Source: Pseudomonadota bacterium (GTDB lineage Bacteria; UBA10199; 2-02-FULL-44-16; JAAZCA01). Taken from it: a DNA stretch of 64,000 nucleotides. Where the stretch lies: positions 21,150-85,149 of the forward strand of contig JAZDOG010000101.1 in assembly GCA_043798915.1 (NCBI GenBank), given 5' to 3'. Made by a program: the position numbers and the translations under genes. The notes under the pieces were generated by a model. It was not told the DNA's origin and made no database searches. It saw only the letters and a program-made list of their open reading frames with translations. Shown piece by piece: positions 41,056-51,535 of the stretch (positions within the stretch are counted from its first letter, which is position 1; the number at the start of each line of letters is the position of its first letter).

Positions 41056-42021
41056 ATGGGAGGAATAATCCGCCAGTATTCATGGATTGTCGATCTGGTG
41101 GGGATTCTGCTCTGCTCTTTCTTTCTGGCAAAGATTACGGGCATCTATGTCGGCCGAGGCATAGAGATCAAGCGCTCTGTAGGGGTTTTAAAGCCGGCCG
41201 ATATTGCACCGGCTGAGAAGAAACAGATCGATGCCTCGACGTACGCAGTCATCGGAGAACGCAATATCTTCGATGCCTCGGAGAGGGCTGCGCAGGGTGA
41301 AGGAGGCGAGGGTGCGGGTGTAGTTGAGGCAGAGACCGTGCCCACCGGCGAGGCCGTGAAGACTAGCCTCAATATCGCCGTCCTCGGCGTGCTGGTCGTG
41401 GGCGACGGTCGCGACACCCGCTCGACAGCCACTGTTTCGGGAGGCGGGGGCGGCAAGGAGAAGGACAAGGGGAAAGCGGCCGTCTACGCGGTGGGCGATA
41501 CCGAGAGCTTTGCACCAGGCACCAAACTCACGCGCGTGCAGCCAGACCGGATTGAGTTCGTAAACAGCGGGCGGTTGGAGTATGCCGAGGTCGCCTCGGA
41601 AGTCGGCGCCAGTATCTTCGGGCCGCCGAAGCGGGAAGAGGTGGTTGCCAAGGAGCCCGCGGCCAAGGCGGAGACCAAAGGCCCCCTGGTCAAGGGCGAG
41701 GCGCCGGGAAAATTTACTGTCGACCAGCGCGAGATAGACGAGGCGATGCAGAACCTGGACCGCCTCTACACAGACATAAGGGCGGTGCCTAACTTCTCAG
41801 GCGGCAAAGTCTCCGGCATGAAGATACTTTCGGTGAAGGGCGACTCGCTGTTCGCAAAGCTGGGTTTGAGGCGCGGCGACGTCCTTCAGAAGATAAACGG
41901 CATGGAGCTGGACGTGAAGCGCGGTTTTGAGATATTCAATCAGCTCAAAGACCAGAAGAACATAACACTCGACCTTCTGCGGCGGGGGCAGGCGACAACA
42001 CTTGATTATGAGATACGATAA
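41056..42021 (+). CDS. gspC: Type II secretion protein C (with PDZ domain)
   Basis: N-terminal TM, 'RNIF', C-terminal PDZ 'LGLRRGDVLQKING'; first gene of the gsp cluster. Confidence 0.85.
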   Translation: MGGIIRQYSWIVDLVGILLCSFFLAKITGIYVGRGIEIKRSVGVLKPADIAPAEKKQIDASTYAVIGERNIFDASERAAQGEGGEGAGVVEAETVPTGEAVKTSLNIAVLGVLVVGDGRDTRSTATVSGGGGGKEKDKGKAAVYAVGDTESFAPGTKLTRVQPDRIEFVNSGRLEYAEVASEVGASIFGPPKREEVVAKEPAAKAETKGPLVKGEAPGKFTVDQREIDEAMQNLDRLYTDIRAVPNFSGGKVSGMKILSVKGDSLFAKLGLRRGDVLQKINGMELDVKRGFEIFNQLKDQKNITLDLLRRGQATTLDYEIR

Positions 42022-44527
42022 AAATAAAATCGTCGCTCGCTGGATGGTTCTCATTGCGCTGCTGGCACTGCCGATCGCAGCCCATGGGCAGCCGACCTCA
42101 GGCGCTCCTGCTGCAACGACGCAGGGCGGGGTTCGTCTTCCCACGCCGCAGCCTGCCCCTCCGCCGGCAGCGGTTCCGACACCGGCTCCGGCCAAGGAAG
42201 CCAAGGGCGGCGATGAGGCAGCTGGCGGCGAGGCAAGAGAGAAAGAGAATGGGCAGGCCGCGGCCGGGGAGATCCCGGGCAACAGCGACATGGTCTACCT
42301 CAACGTTCAGGACCAGGAGATCAAGGACGTCATCAAGCAGATCAGCAAGGCTACGGCCAAGAACTTCATCATAGACGACAAGGTGCGCGGCAAGGTCACG
42401 ATCATGTCTGAGAAGACGATGACCAAGGAGGAGGCCTATCAGGCATTTCTCTCCGCGCTCGAGGTGGTCGGCTTCACCACAGTGATAGGGCCGGGCGGCA
42501 TCATCAAGATCGTGGCGCTCAAGGACGCCGTCACCGCGCCGATTCCGATCCATGTCGATTCGACGCCCTATACCGACAGCTATGTGACGAGGCTCATCGC
42601 GCTGAGGAACATAAGCGCGCTCGAGATGTCGAACGCCATCAAGGGGCTCATCTCCAAGTCCGGCAACATGTTCGCCTATCCCGCCACGAACACCCTGATC
42701 ATCACCGATTCGGGCACGAACATAGACAGGCTCATGAAGATCATCAAGGAGCTTGATCAGGAGGGCCCCCAGCAGGTGCTGGAGATCATCCCGGTCAACT
42801 ACGCGGATGCGAAGGATGTAGCCGCGAAGGTACTGCAGCTCTTTGAACTGGACAAGACGGGCCAGGCCAAGGCGGCCAGGCCCGGCGGCGGAGCCGAGCT
42901 CGAGGAGATCAAGGACGTCAGCAAAATCATCGCCGACGAGCGGACGAACTCGCTCATCGTGCTGGCTTCCAAGCGCGCGATCGACAAGGTGCGCGGCATC
43001 ATAGCCAAGCTCGACATTCCTCTCCAGGTCGGCGACACCGGCAGCATTCACGTCCACTATCTCAAATACGCCAACGCGGCCGCGATGGCCCAGACCCTCG
43101 CCGCCATCGCCTCCGGCAAGGCAGCGCCTCCCGCCGCCAAGCCTGCCGCGGCCGGCGAGAAGGGCAAGACGTCGGCTACCCCAGCTCCGACCGCCGTCGC
43201 GCAGCTCGAGGGAGGCGTTACGATCGGCGCCGACGAGACGACCAACGCCCTCATCATCACCGCGTCGGCTAAGGACTATCAGATTCTCGTCGATGAGCTG
43301 ATCTCAAAGCTCGACATACCGCGCCGGCAGGTCTACCTCGAGGCGATTGTGATGGAGCTGTCGGTCACTAAAGGCCAGACCGCTGGCGTCTCCGGCTTCG
43401 GCGGCGGAGGCAATAACTCGGTTATCGGCTTTGGCAACTCGGGGTCGAGCGAGTTCAACGTTTTGCAGGGCCTCTTCAATCCTGCCAGCTTCTTCTCGAC
43501 CCCGGGCCTCCTGGGCGGGCTGCTCTCGAAACAGAGCGTCACCATAGACGTGCCGAAGAGCGGCGGCGGGACGACGGCGGTCACCATCCCGGCCTTTGCC
43601 GCGTTTTTGAATCTCCTGCAGACATATCGCGATGCGAACATCGTCTCGACACCCAACATCATGACCCTCGACAATCAGAAGGCGTCGATTGAAGTCACCC
43701 AGACGCAATATGCGAACAGCACGACGACCGTCGGAACCGCGGGCGCGGTGACGACTTCGCCCATTCCCCTAGAGGCGGGCTTGACGCTCGAGATCACCCC
43801 CCAGATCACGGAGGGCGATGCGGTGAGGCTCGAGATCCACCACAAACTGTCGAACTTCACCGGGGCTCCCAACGCGAGCGGCGCCGCCCCGCAGACCAAG
43901 CGAGAGATCACCACGACCGTGGTGGCGATGGATGGCCAGACGGTGGTCTTGGGCGGCCTCATGCAGGATATCACCACGCACCAGAAGAGCAAGGTGCCGA
44001 TCCTCGGCGACATACCGCTCATCGGCCTGCTGTTCCGCAGCAGCACTTCGACGAACGACAAGAGCAACCTCCTCGTCTTCATCACGCCGCACGTGATCAA
44101 GGACCCGAGCGACTTTGCAGAGATCAGCAAGGTGAAGATCGAGCAGCGCAACACCTTCATCGACAAGAACTACGGCAAGCGCCAGCAGCAGTCGATAAAG
44201 GATACGATAGCGACGCACAGGGCCGACCTCCTGGAATTCACGCCTTCGATAGCGTACACGAAGGGCTCGTCGACAATGCCGCCGGTCACAGCAGCTCCGC
44301 CTGCGCCGCTTGCGGCTGCGATGCCTGCTCCTTCCCCTCCAGCGCCTGCCGCGAAACCTCCCGTGATCAGCATATCGCCTGTGGACGCCAATGCGCCGCC
44401 GGAAGCCGCCGCGCCAAAATCGCCGAAGGTAAAGTCCAAGGCGAAGGCCGCGGCGCCCAAACCGGATCAGAAGGCGCCGTCTGCGCCGGGAACGAAGGAT
44501 TCGGGGGAGATAGACACGGCGTATTAG
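42008..44527 (+). CDS. gspD: Type II secretion secretin
   Basis: 'KNFIIDDKVRGKVTI', 'DERTNSLIV', 'KVPILGDIPLIG.LF', 'NLLVFITP'. Confidence 0.93.
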   Translation: MRYDKNKIVARWMVLIALLALPIAAHGQPTSGAPAATTQGGVRLPTPQPAPPPAAVPTPAPAKEAKGGDEAAGGEAREKENGQAAAGEIPGNSDMVYLNVQDQEIKDVIKQISKATAKNFIIDDKVRGKVTIMSEKTMTKEEAYQAFLSALEVVGFTTVIGPGGIIKIVALKDAVTAPIPIHVDSTPYTDSYVTRLIALRNISALEMSNAIKGLISKSGNMFAYPATNTLIITDSGTNIDRLMKIIKELDQEGPQQVLEIIPVNYADAKDVAAKVLQLFELDKTGQAKAARPGGGAELEEIKDVSKIIADERTNSLIVLASKRAIDKVRGIIAKLDIPLQVGDTGSIHVHYLKYANAAAMAQTLAAIASGKAAPPAAKPAAAGEKGKTSATPAPTAVAQLEGGVTIGADETTNALIITASAKDYQILVDELISKLDIPRRQVYLEAIVMELSVTKGQTAGVSGFGGGGNNSVIGFGNSGSSEFNVLQGLFNPASFFSTPGLLGGLLSKQSVTIDVPKSGGGTTAVTIPAFAAFLNLLQTYRDANIVSTPNIMTLDNQKASIEVTQTQYANSTTTVGTAGAVTTSPIPLEAGLTLEITPQITEGDAVRLEIHHKLSNFTGAPNASGAAPQTKREITTTVVAMDGQTVVLGGLMQDITTHQKSKVPILGDIPLIGLLFRSSTSTNDKSNLLVFITPHVIKDPSDFAEISKVKIEQRNTFIDKNYGKRQQQSIKDTIATHRADLLEFTPSIAYTKGSSTMPPVTAAPPAPLAAAMPAPSPPAPAAKPPVISISPVDANAPPEAAAPKSPKVKSKAKAAAPKPDQKAPSAPGTKDSGEIDTAY

Positions 44528-44540
44528 GTGCTCTAAATCT

Positions 44541-46238
44541 ATGGAAACACGCAGTCTGGGTTCCATTCTTCTCGAGACGAGCTCCCTCACGGAGGAGCAG
44601 CTGGAGCAGGCGCTCGCGGTGCAGCGCGAGCGCGGCATCAAGCTCGGCGAGGCGCTCGTCCAGCTCAAGTTCCTCCGTACGGAGGACATACTCAAGGCCC
44701 TCTCCATCCAGCTCGGATTTCCCTATGAGAACAAGATAGACATCGAGACCATCCCCACCGATCTCATAGCAAACCTGCCGATCAACTACGCCAAGCAGAA
44801 CGAGGTGCTGCCGCTGAAGAGGGAGGGCAACGCGGTCCATGTTGCGATCGCCGACCCCACGAACTTCTATGCGCTGGATGACCTTCGCCTGCTCTACGGC
44901 TGCGACATCAAGCCCACGATCGCCTCCTCATACGAGATCGTGAACGCGATCAACGCGGTCTACAACAAGGCCACCGGCGGCGGCGAGGATGAGATAGAGG
45001 ACCTGGGCGACGGGTCGGAGATCGCCGACGAGTTCAACGAGCCGGTCGATCTGCTCGATGCCGATGACGAGGCGCCGATCATCAAGCTCGTGAACACACT
45101 GCTCTTCCGCGCCGTTAAGCAGAAGGCGTCGGACATACACATTGAGCCGTTCGAAAGGGAGCTGAAGATCAGGTTCCGCATAAACGGCATCCTCTACGAC
45201 ATCATGGTTCCTCCCAAGCGCGCTCAGAACGCGATCATCTCCCGCGTCAAGATCATGAGCCAGCTCAACATCGCGGAGAAGCGAATCCCGCAGGACGGGC
45301 GAATCAGGATCAAGATAGCGGGCAAGGACATCGATATCCGTATCTCCACGATCCCCACCGCCCACGGCGAGAGCGTCGTCATGAGGCTCCTCGACGCCGG
45401 CTCCGTCCTGCTCGATATCGACCAGCTCGGGTTTTCAAGGTATAACCTCGACATCTTCAAAAAGCTCCTCGAGCACCACAACGGCATCGTGCTGGTGACG
45501 GGCCCCACCGGCTCCGGCAAGACGACGACGCTCTACTCGGCGCTCTCGCGGCTCAACACCAATGAGGTGAAGATCATCACGGTCGAGGATCCGGTTGAGT
45601 ATCAGTTGAACGGCGTGAACCAGATGCAGGTGAATCCGAAGATCGATCTCACGTTCGCATCGGGGCTGCGCGCCTTTCTCCGCCAGGATCCGGACATCAT
45701 CCTCGTGGGCGAGATCCGCGATCGCGAGACCGCGGAGATCGCCATCCAGGCCTCCCTCACTGGCCACTTGGTGCTATCCACCCTCCACACCAACGATGCG
45801 CCTTCGTCGATCACGAGGCTCATCGAAATGGGCGTCGAGCCCTTCCTCGTCGCATCGTCGGTCCTGGGGATCGCGGCGCAGAGGCTCGTGCGGACGGTCT
45901 GCCACGAGTGCGCGCGAAAGTATATGCCCGAGGATAAGGAACTCGCCGAAATAGGGCTCACCTCCGCCGACCTCAAGGGGCGGCAGATATTCAGGCCGGT
46001 GGGTTGTCCCGCATGCATGGAGACGGGCTATGCGGGTCGCGCCGGAATCCACGAGATAATGCTGGTGTCGGACCCCGTGCGCGCGGAACTGATGAAGGGG
46101 TCGGACGCGACCACGATAAAAAAGGTGGCTGTTGCGCAGGGCATGAGGACGCTGCGCGAGGATGCAGCCCAGAAGGTGATTCAGGGGCTGACGACGATAG
46201 CCGAGGTGTTGCGCGTCACGCAGGAAGAGAGCAGCTGA
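44541..46238 (+). CDS. gspE: Type II secretion ATPase
   Basis: 'ASDIHIEP', 'GPTGSGKTT', 'LRQDPD', 'TGHLVLSTLHTN'. Confidence 0.93.
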   Translation: METRSLGSILLETSSLTEEQLEQALAVQRERGIKLGEALVQLKFLRTEDILKALSIQLGFPYENKIDIETIPTDLIANLPINYAKQNEVLPLKREGNAVHVAIADPTNFYALDDLRLLYGCDIKPTIASSYEIVNAINAVYNKATGGGEDEIEDLGDGSEIADEFNEPVDLLDADDEAPIIKLVNTLLFRAVKQKASDIHIEPFERELKIRFRINGILYDIMVPPKRAQNAIISRVKIMSQLNIAEKRIPQDGRIRIKIAGKDIDIRISTIPTAHGESVVMRLLDAGSVLLDIDQLGFSRYNLDIFKKLLEHHNGIVLVTGPTGSGKTTTLYSALSRLNTNEVKIITVEDPVEYQLNGVNQMQVNPKIDLTFASGLRAFLRQDPDIILVGEIRDRETAEIAIQASLTGHLVLSTLHTNDAPSSITRLIEMGVEPFLVASSVLGIAAQRLVRTVCHECARKYMPEDKELAEIGLTSADLKGRQIFRPVGCPACMETGYAGRAGIHEIMLVSDPVRAELMKGSDATTIKKVAVAQGMRTLREDAAQKVIQGLTTIAEVLRVTQEESS

Positions 46239-46241
46239 TAA

Positions 46242-47474
46242 ATGCCAATCTTCGAATACGCCGGTATTGATTCAAAGGGCAAACGGGCCGCGGGGACCGT
46301 CGATGCGGACAACGAGCGCGTCGCGCGCGTCAAACTGCGCAAGATGGGCGTCTTCCCGACTTCGATTGGCGCCGAAGGGGCCATGAAGCAGAAGGTCGGC
46401 TTGGGCATGAACTTCGACGTCTCAAAGTATTTTCAGCGCGTGAAGGTGCAGGAGATCGCGATTATGACCCGGCAGCTGGCGACGCTCGTGGGCTCCAGCA
46501 TCCCGCTCGTCGATGCCCTCACGGCGCTCGTCGACCAGATCGAAAATCCCAAACTCAGAAATGTCATCTCCCGCGTCCGCGAGAAGGTGATCGAGGGCGG
46601 CCGCCTCTCCGACGCCCTGAAGGGCTACCCCAATATCTTCAACGACCTCTATGTCAACATGATAGCGGCGGGCGAGGGGAGCGGCGCGATGGAGATCGTG
46701 CTCCAGAGGCTCGCCGATTTCACGGAAGGGCAGTCGAAGTTGAGGTCCAAGGTGATAGGCGCGATGGTGTATCCGATCATCATGGCCGTCGTGGGGTTCG
46801 GTCTCACGACTTTTCTTCTCACCAACGTCGTCCCGCAGGTCGCTCAGATGCTCCAGGACACCGGCAAGGCGCTGCCGCTCCCGACGCGGCTCCTCATGGG
46901 TGTCTCCGGGGCCCTTGTCCACTACTGGTTCATCTTTCTCCTCCTCATTCCGCTTGCGATCTACGGCGTGAGGCGTTTTCTCAAGAGCCCCGGCGGAAAG
47001 GCCTGGTGGGACAAAAAGGCGCTCAAGCTTCCGCTCTTTGGAAAGCTGTCGCGGATGGTCGTCATATCTCGCTTTTCGCGCACGCTGGCGACGCTGCTTT
47101 CGAGCGGCGTGCCGCTGCTGACCGCGATGGACATCGTCCGCAACATCATCACCAACACCAGGCTCAAGGAAGTCATAGAGCAGACACGCGACAACGTCCG
47201 CGAGGGGCAGAGCGTTGCCGAACCGCTCCGGCGCAGCGGCGAATTCCCGGCGATCGTCACGCACATGATAGCCATCGGCGAGAAGACCGGCGAGCTGGAG
47301 AAGATGCTGGAGAGGGTCGCGGATACCTACGATGCCGAGGTGGACAACACGGTCTCGGCGATGACGACGATACTGGAGCCAGTCATGATCCTCATCATGG
47401 CCGGCGTGGTGGGCTTCATCGTCCTCTCCATCATGCTGCCGATGCTACAGCTGCAACAACTGGCGGGCGGATAG
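46242..47474 (+). CDS. gspF: Type II secretion inner-membrane protein F
   Basis: 'TRQLATL', 'AMVYP', 'GEKTGELEKML', 'LEP'. Confidence 0.93.
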   Translation: MPIFEYAGIDSKGKRAAGTVDADNERVARVKLRKMGVFPTSIGAEGAMKQKVGLGMNFDVSKYFQRVKVQEIAIMTRQLATLVGSSIPLVDALTALVDQIENPKLRNVISRVREKVIEGGRLSDALKGYPNIFNDLYVNMIAAGEGSGAMEIVLQRLADFTEGQSKLRSKVIGAMVYPIIMAVVGFGLTTFLLTNVVPQVAQMLQDTGKALPLPTRLLMGVSGALVHYWFIFLLLIPLAIYGVRRFLKSPGGKAWWDKKALKLPLFGKLSRMVVISRFSRTLATLLSSGVPLLTAMDIVRNIITNTRLKEVIEQTRDNVREGQSVAEPLRRSGEFPAIVTHMIAIGEKTGELEKMLERVADTYDAEVDNTVSAMTTILEPVMILIMAGVVGFIVLSIMLPMLQLQQLAGG

Positions 47475-47544
47475 GAAGGGCTTGCTTTTGTCGCAGAATT
47501 GCCGATAATCCGGAGCACAGTTTACAGCTAAAAAGGAGGGGGAG

Positions 47545-47997
47545 ATGTTTGGCAAACTTGGGAATTCACGCGGTATGACGCTGATCGAAATCATGGTCGT
47601 CCTGGCGATCATGGGCGTCATCATGGCGTTGGTCGGCACGAGCGTTATGGACAGGCTGGCCACGGCAAAGGTCCAGGCGGCCAAGGCGCAGATCAAGGGC
47701 TTCGAAGATGCGCTGGAACAATACCATCTGGACAATGATGCCTATCCCTCGACGGATCAGGGGCTCGAGGCGCTGGTGGCCAAGCCGTCGGGCGGGCGCG
47801 TCCCCAAGCACTATCCGGCAAAGGGGTACCTCAAGGGTGGCAAAGTCCCGAAGGATCCCTGGGGGGAGAACTATAGATATTACAGCCCTGGTCTTCAGGG
47901 GCATGAGTATGAGATCTACGCGAATGGCAAGGACAAGCAGGAGGGCACCGAAGATGATGTCGCCTCCTTCGAGTCCGAATCTGGCGGGGGCGAGTAA
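47545..47997 (+). CDS. gspG: Major pseudopilin
   Basis: 'G-MTLIEIMVV', 'YPSTDQGLEALV', 'PKDPWG'. Confidence 0.93.
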   Translation: MFGKLGNSRGMTLIEIMVVLAIMGVIMALVGTSVMDRLATAKVQAAKAQIKGFEDALEQYHLDNDAYPSTDQGLEALVAKPSGGRVPKHYPAKGYLKGGKVPKDPWGENYRYYSPGLQGHEYEIYANGKDKQEGTEDDVASFESESGGGE

Positions 47998-48019
47998 TCC
48001 ACAGAACATTTGAATTCAG

Positions 48020-48063
48020 CGAGCCGTCCGACGTCTCTTTCAGATTCAGACGTGGACGGCTCG
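48020..48063 (+). terminator. Stem-loop after gspG (partial terminator or mRNA stabiliser)
   Basis: cgagccgtcc.acgtct ... agacgt-ggacggctcg. Confidence 0.55.
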
Positions 48064-48088
48064 TTTCGCGTTATGAAAGGCGCCATAA

Positions 48089-48790
48089 TTGAGTAAACGT
48101 CGATGCCATGAGGCCGGCTTCACCCTTTTCGAGGTCATGGTCGCGCTCATGATCGTGGGCCTGATGCTGGGCATCGTCGTCGTCGGAATCGGCAGCTCTA
48201 TCGACAAGCGCATGAAGAACACATCCAACCACTTCGCATCGATGATCCGCTATCTTTACAACAAATCCGCGGTCGAGGGGCTCTACATCCGCCTCGTCAT
48301 CGATCTGGACGAGCGATCGTACTGGGTGGAGGCGAGCGCCGATCCGGTCGTCGTGGCGAAGGAGGAGGGCAACAAAAAGAAGACGAAGGCCGATGAGCAG
48401 AAGGCGAAGGACGAGGAACAGAAGAAGAAGAAGAGGCAATCGCCGAACGCCGGAGCCAAGGATGTCGCGGGCCCGCCGGAGGGCAAGGCGGATGAACCGG
48501 GAAAACTCAAGGTGCCCAAGCCGCAGTTCAGCCCCCTCGACGCATATCTGCTCCGGCCCTCAAAGCTCCCGGATGTGATCTTTTTCAAGGATGTGCAGGT
48601 GGAGCACAAGAGCGCGCCCGTGGAGGGCGGCACGGAATCGATATACTTCTTCCCGAACGGCTACGTGGAGAAGGCCGTCATCAATTTTCGCGACGAGAAG
48701 GACGAGGTCAACTACTCGATCGAGACGAACCCGATCAACGGGCATGTGAGCATCGATAATCGGTACAGGAGCATGCGCGATGAGAAATAA
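48089..48790 (+). CDS. gspH: Minor pseudopilin H
   Basis: 'G-FTLFEVMV', 'IYFFPNG'; position in the cluster. Confidence 0.8.
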   Translation: MSKRRCHEAGFTLFEVMVALMIVGLMLGIVVVGIGSSIDKRMKNTSNHFASMIRYLYNKSAVEGLYIRLVIDLDERSYWVEASADPVVVAKEEGNKKKTKADEQKAKDEEQKKKKRQSPNAGAKDVAGPPEGKADEPGKLKVPKPQFSPLDAYLLRPSKLPDVIFFKDVQVEHKSAPVEGGTESIYFFPNGYVEKAVINFRDEKDEVNYSIETNPINGHVSIDNRYRSMRDEK

Positions 48791-48791
48791 C

Positions 48792-48886
48792 TTCCCCTCC
48801 TTTGTAAGGAGGGGATAGGGGAGGTAGATCAGCATTGAAACAGCGGTCTACCCCACCCTGACCCTCCCCTTACAAAGGGGAGGGAA
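48792..48886. repeat. Inverted pair of CCCTCC(CC)-N-GGGAGGG REP-like hairpins
   Basis: ttcccctcctttgtaaggaggggataggggaggtaga pairs imperfectly with tctaccccaccctgaccctccccttacaaaggggagggaa. Confidence 0.75.
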
Positions 48887-48896
48887 CGGAGTTGTT

Positions 48897-49367
48897 ATGG
48901 AAAGAAGAAGTGGATTGAACATTGGTTTTACGCTCTTGGAGGTCATGGTCGCCATGGCGATCCTGGCCGGATCGCTCTCCGCGATCATTGGTCTCACCGG
49001 CAACGCGATGATAAGGAGCGGACGCGCCGAGAAGATGCTCGTGGCCACGATGCTGGCGCGGCAGAAGATGGCTGAAATCGAGATCGATATCGAGAAGGGG
49101 CGGCAGAAGGGAGAGTTCCCGGACGAGAAGAGCGAGGACGGCAAATTTGAAGAGCCGTTTGAAAATTATACCTGGAAGATGGAAATCAAGCGCGTCGAGC
49201 TGCCTGCCCCGGTGATGGGCGAGAAGGGCAGCATGCAGGACGTCGTGGGGAAGCAGCTGACCAAGGAGATAAGCCTCACGGTCCGCGAGCTCAATCTCTC
49301 GGTCCTATGGAAGGACCGTGGAGAGGAACAGTCGTACGACTTGGTGACGCATATTGTGAAATTATAG
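48897..49367 (+). CDS. gspI: Minor pseudopilin I
   Basis: 'G-FTLLEVMVAMAILA'; position in the cluster. Confidence 0.82.
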   Translation: MERRSGLNIGFTLLEVMVAMAILAGSLSAIIGLTGNAMIRSGRAEKMLVATMLARQKMAEIEIDIEKGRQKGEFPDEKSEDGKFEEPFENYTWKMEIKRVELPAPVMGEKGSMQDVVGKQLTKEISLTVRELNLSVLWKDRGEEQSYDLVTHIVKL

Positions 49368-49381
49368 CTGGTTGTTAAAAA

Positions 49382-50134
49382 ATGGCATGCAATCGCAGAT
49401 ACATTGCAGGATTTACGCTCCTGGAGGTCATGGTCTCGGTCGGCATCCTGGGGCTCATCATGACCCTCGTCTGGGCCAGTTCCTCCCAGAGCTTCAACGC
49501 AAAGCGCCGCATCGAGACGAGGAGCGACATCTACCACCAGGGCACGGTTGCGCTGCGCAAGCTGACCGACGATATCACGGTGGCCTTCCTCGCCGTGCGC
49601 GCCGGTCAGGCACCGCTGGCGGTGGCTGCACCGGCAGGAGGGCAGCCTCCACTCCCTCTGCCGACCCCGGCGCCTGCGACATCGGGGCCTTCGACCAAGA
49701 CGTTCTTCATAGGGATGGACAAAGGGGAACACGATGAAGTCAGGTTCACGTCGTTGTCGCACCTGAGGCTTTTCAAGAATGCGAAGGAATCGGATCAATG
49801 CAAGGTCGAATACAGCGTCGCCACTTCGGCAGAGGACCCGGGAAAACTCGATCTCTTGAGGAGCGAGGACGTATGGCTGGACGCGACGACAGACGTCAAG
49901 ACCAGGGGCATCCCGATTGCCGAAAACATCAAGAGCTTCAACCTCGAGTACTACGATATCCGGACCCGCGAGTGGCGCAAGGAGTGGGACGCCGAGAAGG
50001 GCGACTGGCGCGGTCTGCTCCCCATGGCGGTGCGGGTGAGCCTCACATTTCAGGATCCGGACGATGAGAAGGCGAGTATACAGATGTCGACGGCTGTCTT
50101 GCTCCCGCTGTCCAGGGGGCCGCTGGAGTACTAG
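49382..50134 (+). CDS. gspJ: Minor pseudopilin J
   Basis: 'G-FTLLEVMV', 'W...WD......LP.AV.V'. Confidence 0.82.
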   Translation: MACNRRYIAGFTLLEVMVSVGILGLIMTLVWASSSQSFNAKRRIETRSDIYHQGTVALRKLTDDITVAFLAVRAGQAPLAVAAPAGGQPPLPLPTPAPATSGPSTKTFFIGMDKGEHDEVRFTSLSHLRLFKNAKESDQCKVEYSVATSAEDPGKLDLLRSEDVWLDATTDVKTRGIPIAENIKSFNLEYYDIRTREWRKEWDAEKGDWRGLLPMAVRVSLTFQDPDDEKASIQMSTAVLLPLSRGPLEY

Positions 50135-51478
50135 ATGAAACTGTTTCGCTTAAATAAAAAAGGTGTTGCGCTTCTTGTCGTCCTGACCGCCATCGCGGCC
50201 TTGACCACCATGGCCATCAGCTTCTCCTACAACACAAACGTGAGCTACCATCTGGCTGTGAATGAGCAGAACCGCCTCAAGTCATATTATCTCGCCAAGT
50301 CCGCCTACAATTTCATGCTGCTCGAGCTCAAATTCGACAGGGTCTTCCGCCAGGCAGTCCAGAGCCAGAACCTCGGGCAATATCTGGGCGGCAATGCGCA
50401 GCTGCCGCTCTGCCAGCAGTTTCCGATGTCGACAGGCCTTATCCGCGCGGTGTTCACCGGGGGGGGGCTCCCGGGCATGGGCGGCGGTGAGGAGGGTGGA
50501 GCTGGGCCGCCTGCGGCGGAGGGAGGCGAGGCCGCCGAGGGTGAAGCGGCCCTGGAAAAGATGCGCAAGGGGACATCGATCTCAGAGGAAAAGAGCGCGG
50601 CCGAGTTTCTCGATTTCGAGGGGGATTTCGACGCCGAATGCATAGACGAATCCACGAAGATCGACCTCAACAGCTTCGCGGGCCTTAAAGCGACCGCTGC
50701 TGCGGAGGGCGCAAGCCCGCTGGATCAGTACAAAATTTTCCTCCTCAAATTTCTCTCCCGGCCGCAGTTCGAGCTCCTGTTCAGGGAGGACGATCTCCGC
50801 ATCCCGGACGTGGTCGGGAACATCGCCGACTGGATCGACAAGGACGCAGGGGGAAACAAGGGCGCGGCGCGCGCTGTCTACGAGGGGGCGGGCATCCCCT
50901 ACGCGGCCAGGAACGGCAAACTCCTGACGCTCCTCGAGGCCTATCTCATCGACGGCGTCATGGACGACTGGTTTGCGCCCCTGATGGACATGTTCACTAT
51001 CTACGGCGACGGCAGGATCAACGTATGCACCGCGAGTCTGGATGTGGTGGAGGGGCTCATCCACCGCTATGTCGATTCCACCCCATCGCTGCCTCCTCTG
51101 AGGCTCGAGGATCCTGTGGAGATGAAGAAGCTCACAGATGCCGTGCTGATGCAGTGCTCATCCGGCGCCACCGGCGACCAGCTCAAGGCTCAAATATCGT
51201 CGGGGCTCGACGCGGCGATAGGTGCCGTATCATCCGGCACGCCTGTCCAGCCTCCAGCGGCGCCAGGGCAGCCGGCGCCGGGACAGGCCCCGGGGGCAGC
51301 CCCAGGCGGTCCGCCGCAGTACACGGGTTTTGCAGCGTACCTGAACACCGCAAGCCGCTATTTCACCCTCAAGCTCGCCGGACAGATCCACGATACGACC
51401 ACGAGGATCAAGGTCGTGATAGACATCAAGGATAATGACCCGAAGAAGTGGAAGCTTTTGTACTGGAAGGTGTATTGA
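50135..51478 (+). CDS. gspK: Minor pseudopilin K
   Basis: 'KG-VALLVVL', 'DESTKIDLN', 'IADWIDKD', 'INVCTA'. Confidence 0.85.
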   Translation: MKLFRLNKKGVALLVVLTAIAALTTMAISFSYNTNVSYHLAVNEQNRLKSYYLAKSAYNFMLLELKFDRVFRQAVQSQNLGQYLGGNAQLPLCQQFPMSTGLIRAVFTGGGLPGMGGGEEGGAGPPAAEGGEAAEGEAALEKMRKGTSISEEKSAAEFLDFEGDFDAECIDESTKIDLNSFAGLKATAAAEGASPLDQYKIFLLKFLSRPQFELLFREDDLRIPDVVGNIADWIDKDAGGNKGAARAVYEGAGIPYAARNGKLLTLLEAYLIDGVMDDWFAPLMDMFTIYGDGRINVCTASLDVVEGLIHRYVDSTPSLPPLRLEDPVEMKKLTDAVLMQCSSGATGDQLKAQISSGLDAAIGAVSSGTPVQPPAAPGQPAPGQAPGAAPGGPPQYTGFAAYLNTASRYFTLKLAGQIHDTTTRIKVVIDIKDNDPKKWKLLYWKVY

Positions 51479-51535
51479 CACCAAATTTGAGGTTTTGAAA
51501 AAGCGTTCCAGCTGTGATACTTTGCGAGAGTTACT

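Noticed and set aside
47483..47509. GCCGATAA upstream of gspG as a third sigma-28-like promoter
   Set aside because: The GCAACTTT box is missing and the sequence fits a sigma-70-like TTGCTT...GATAAT equally well.
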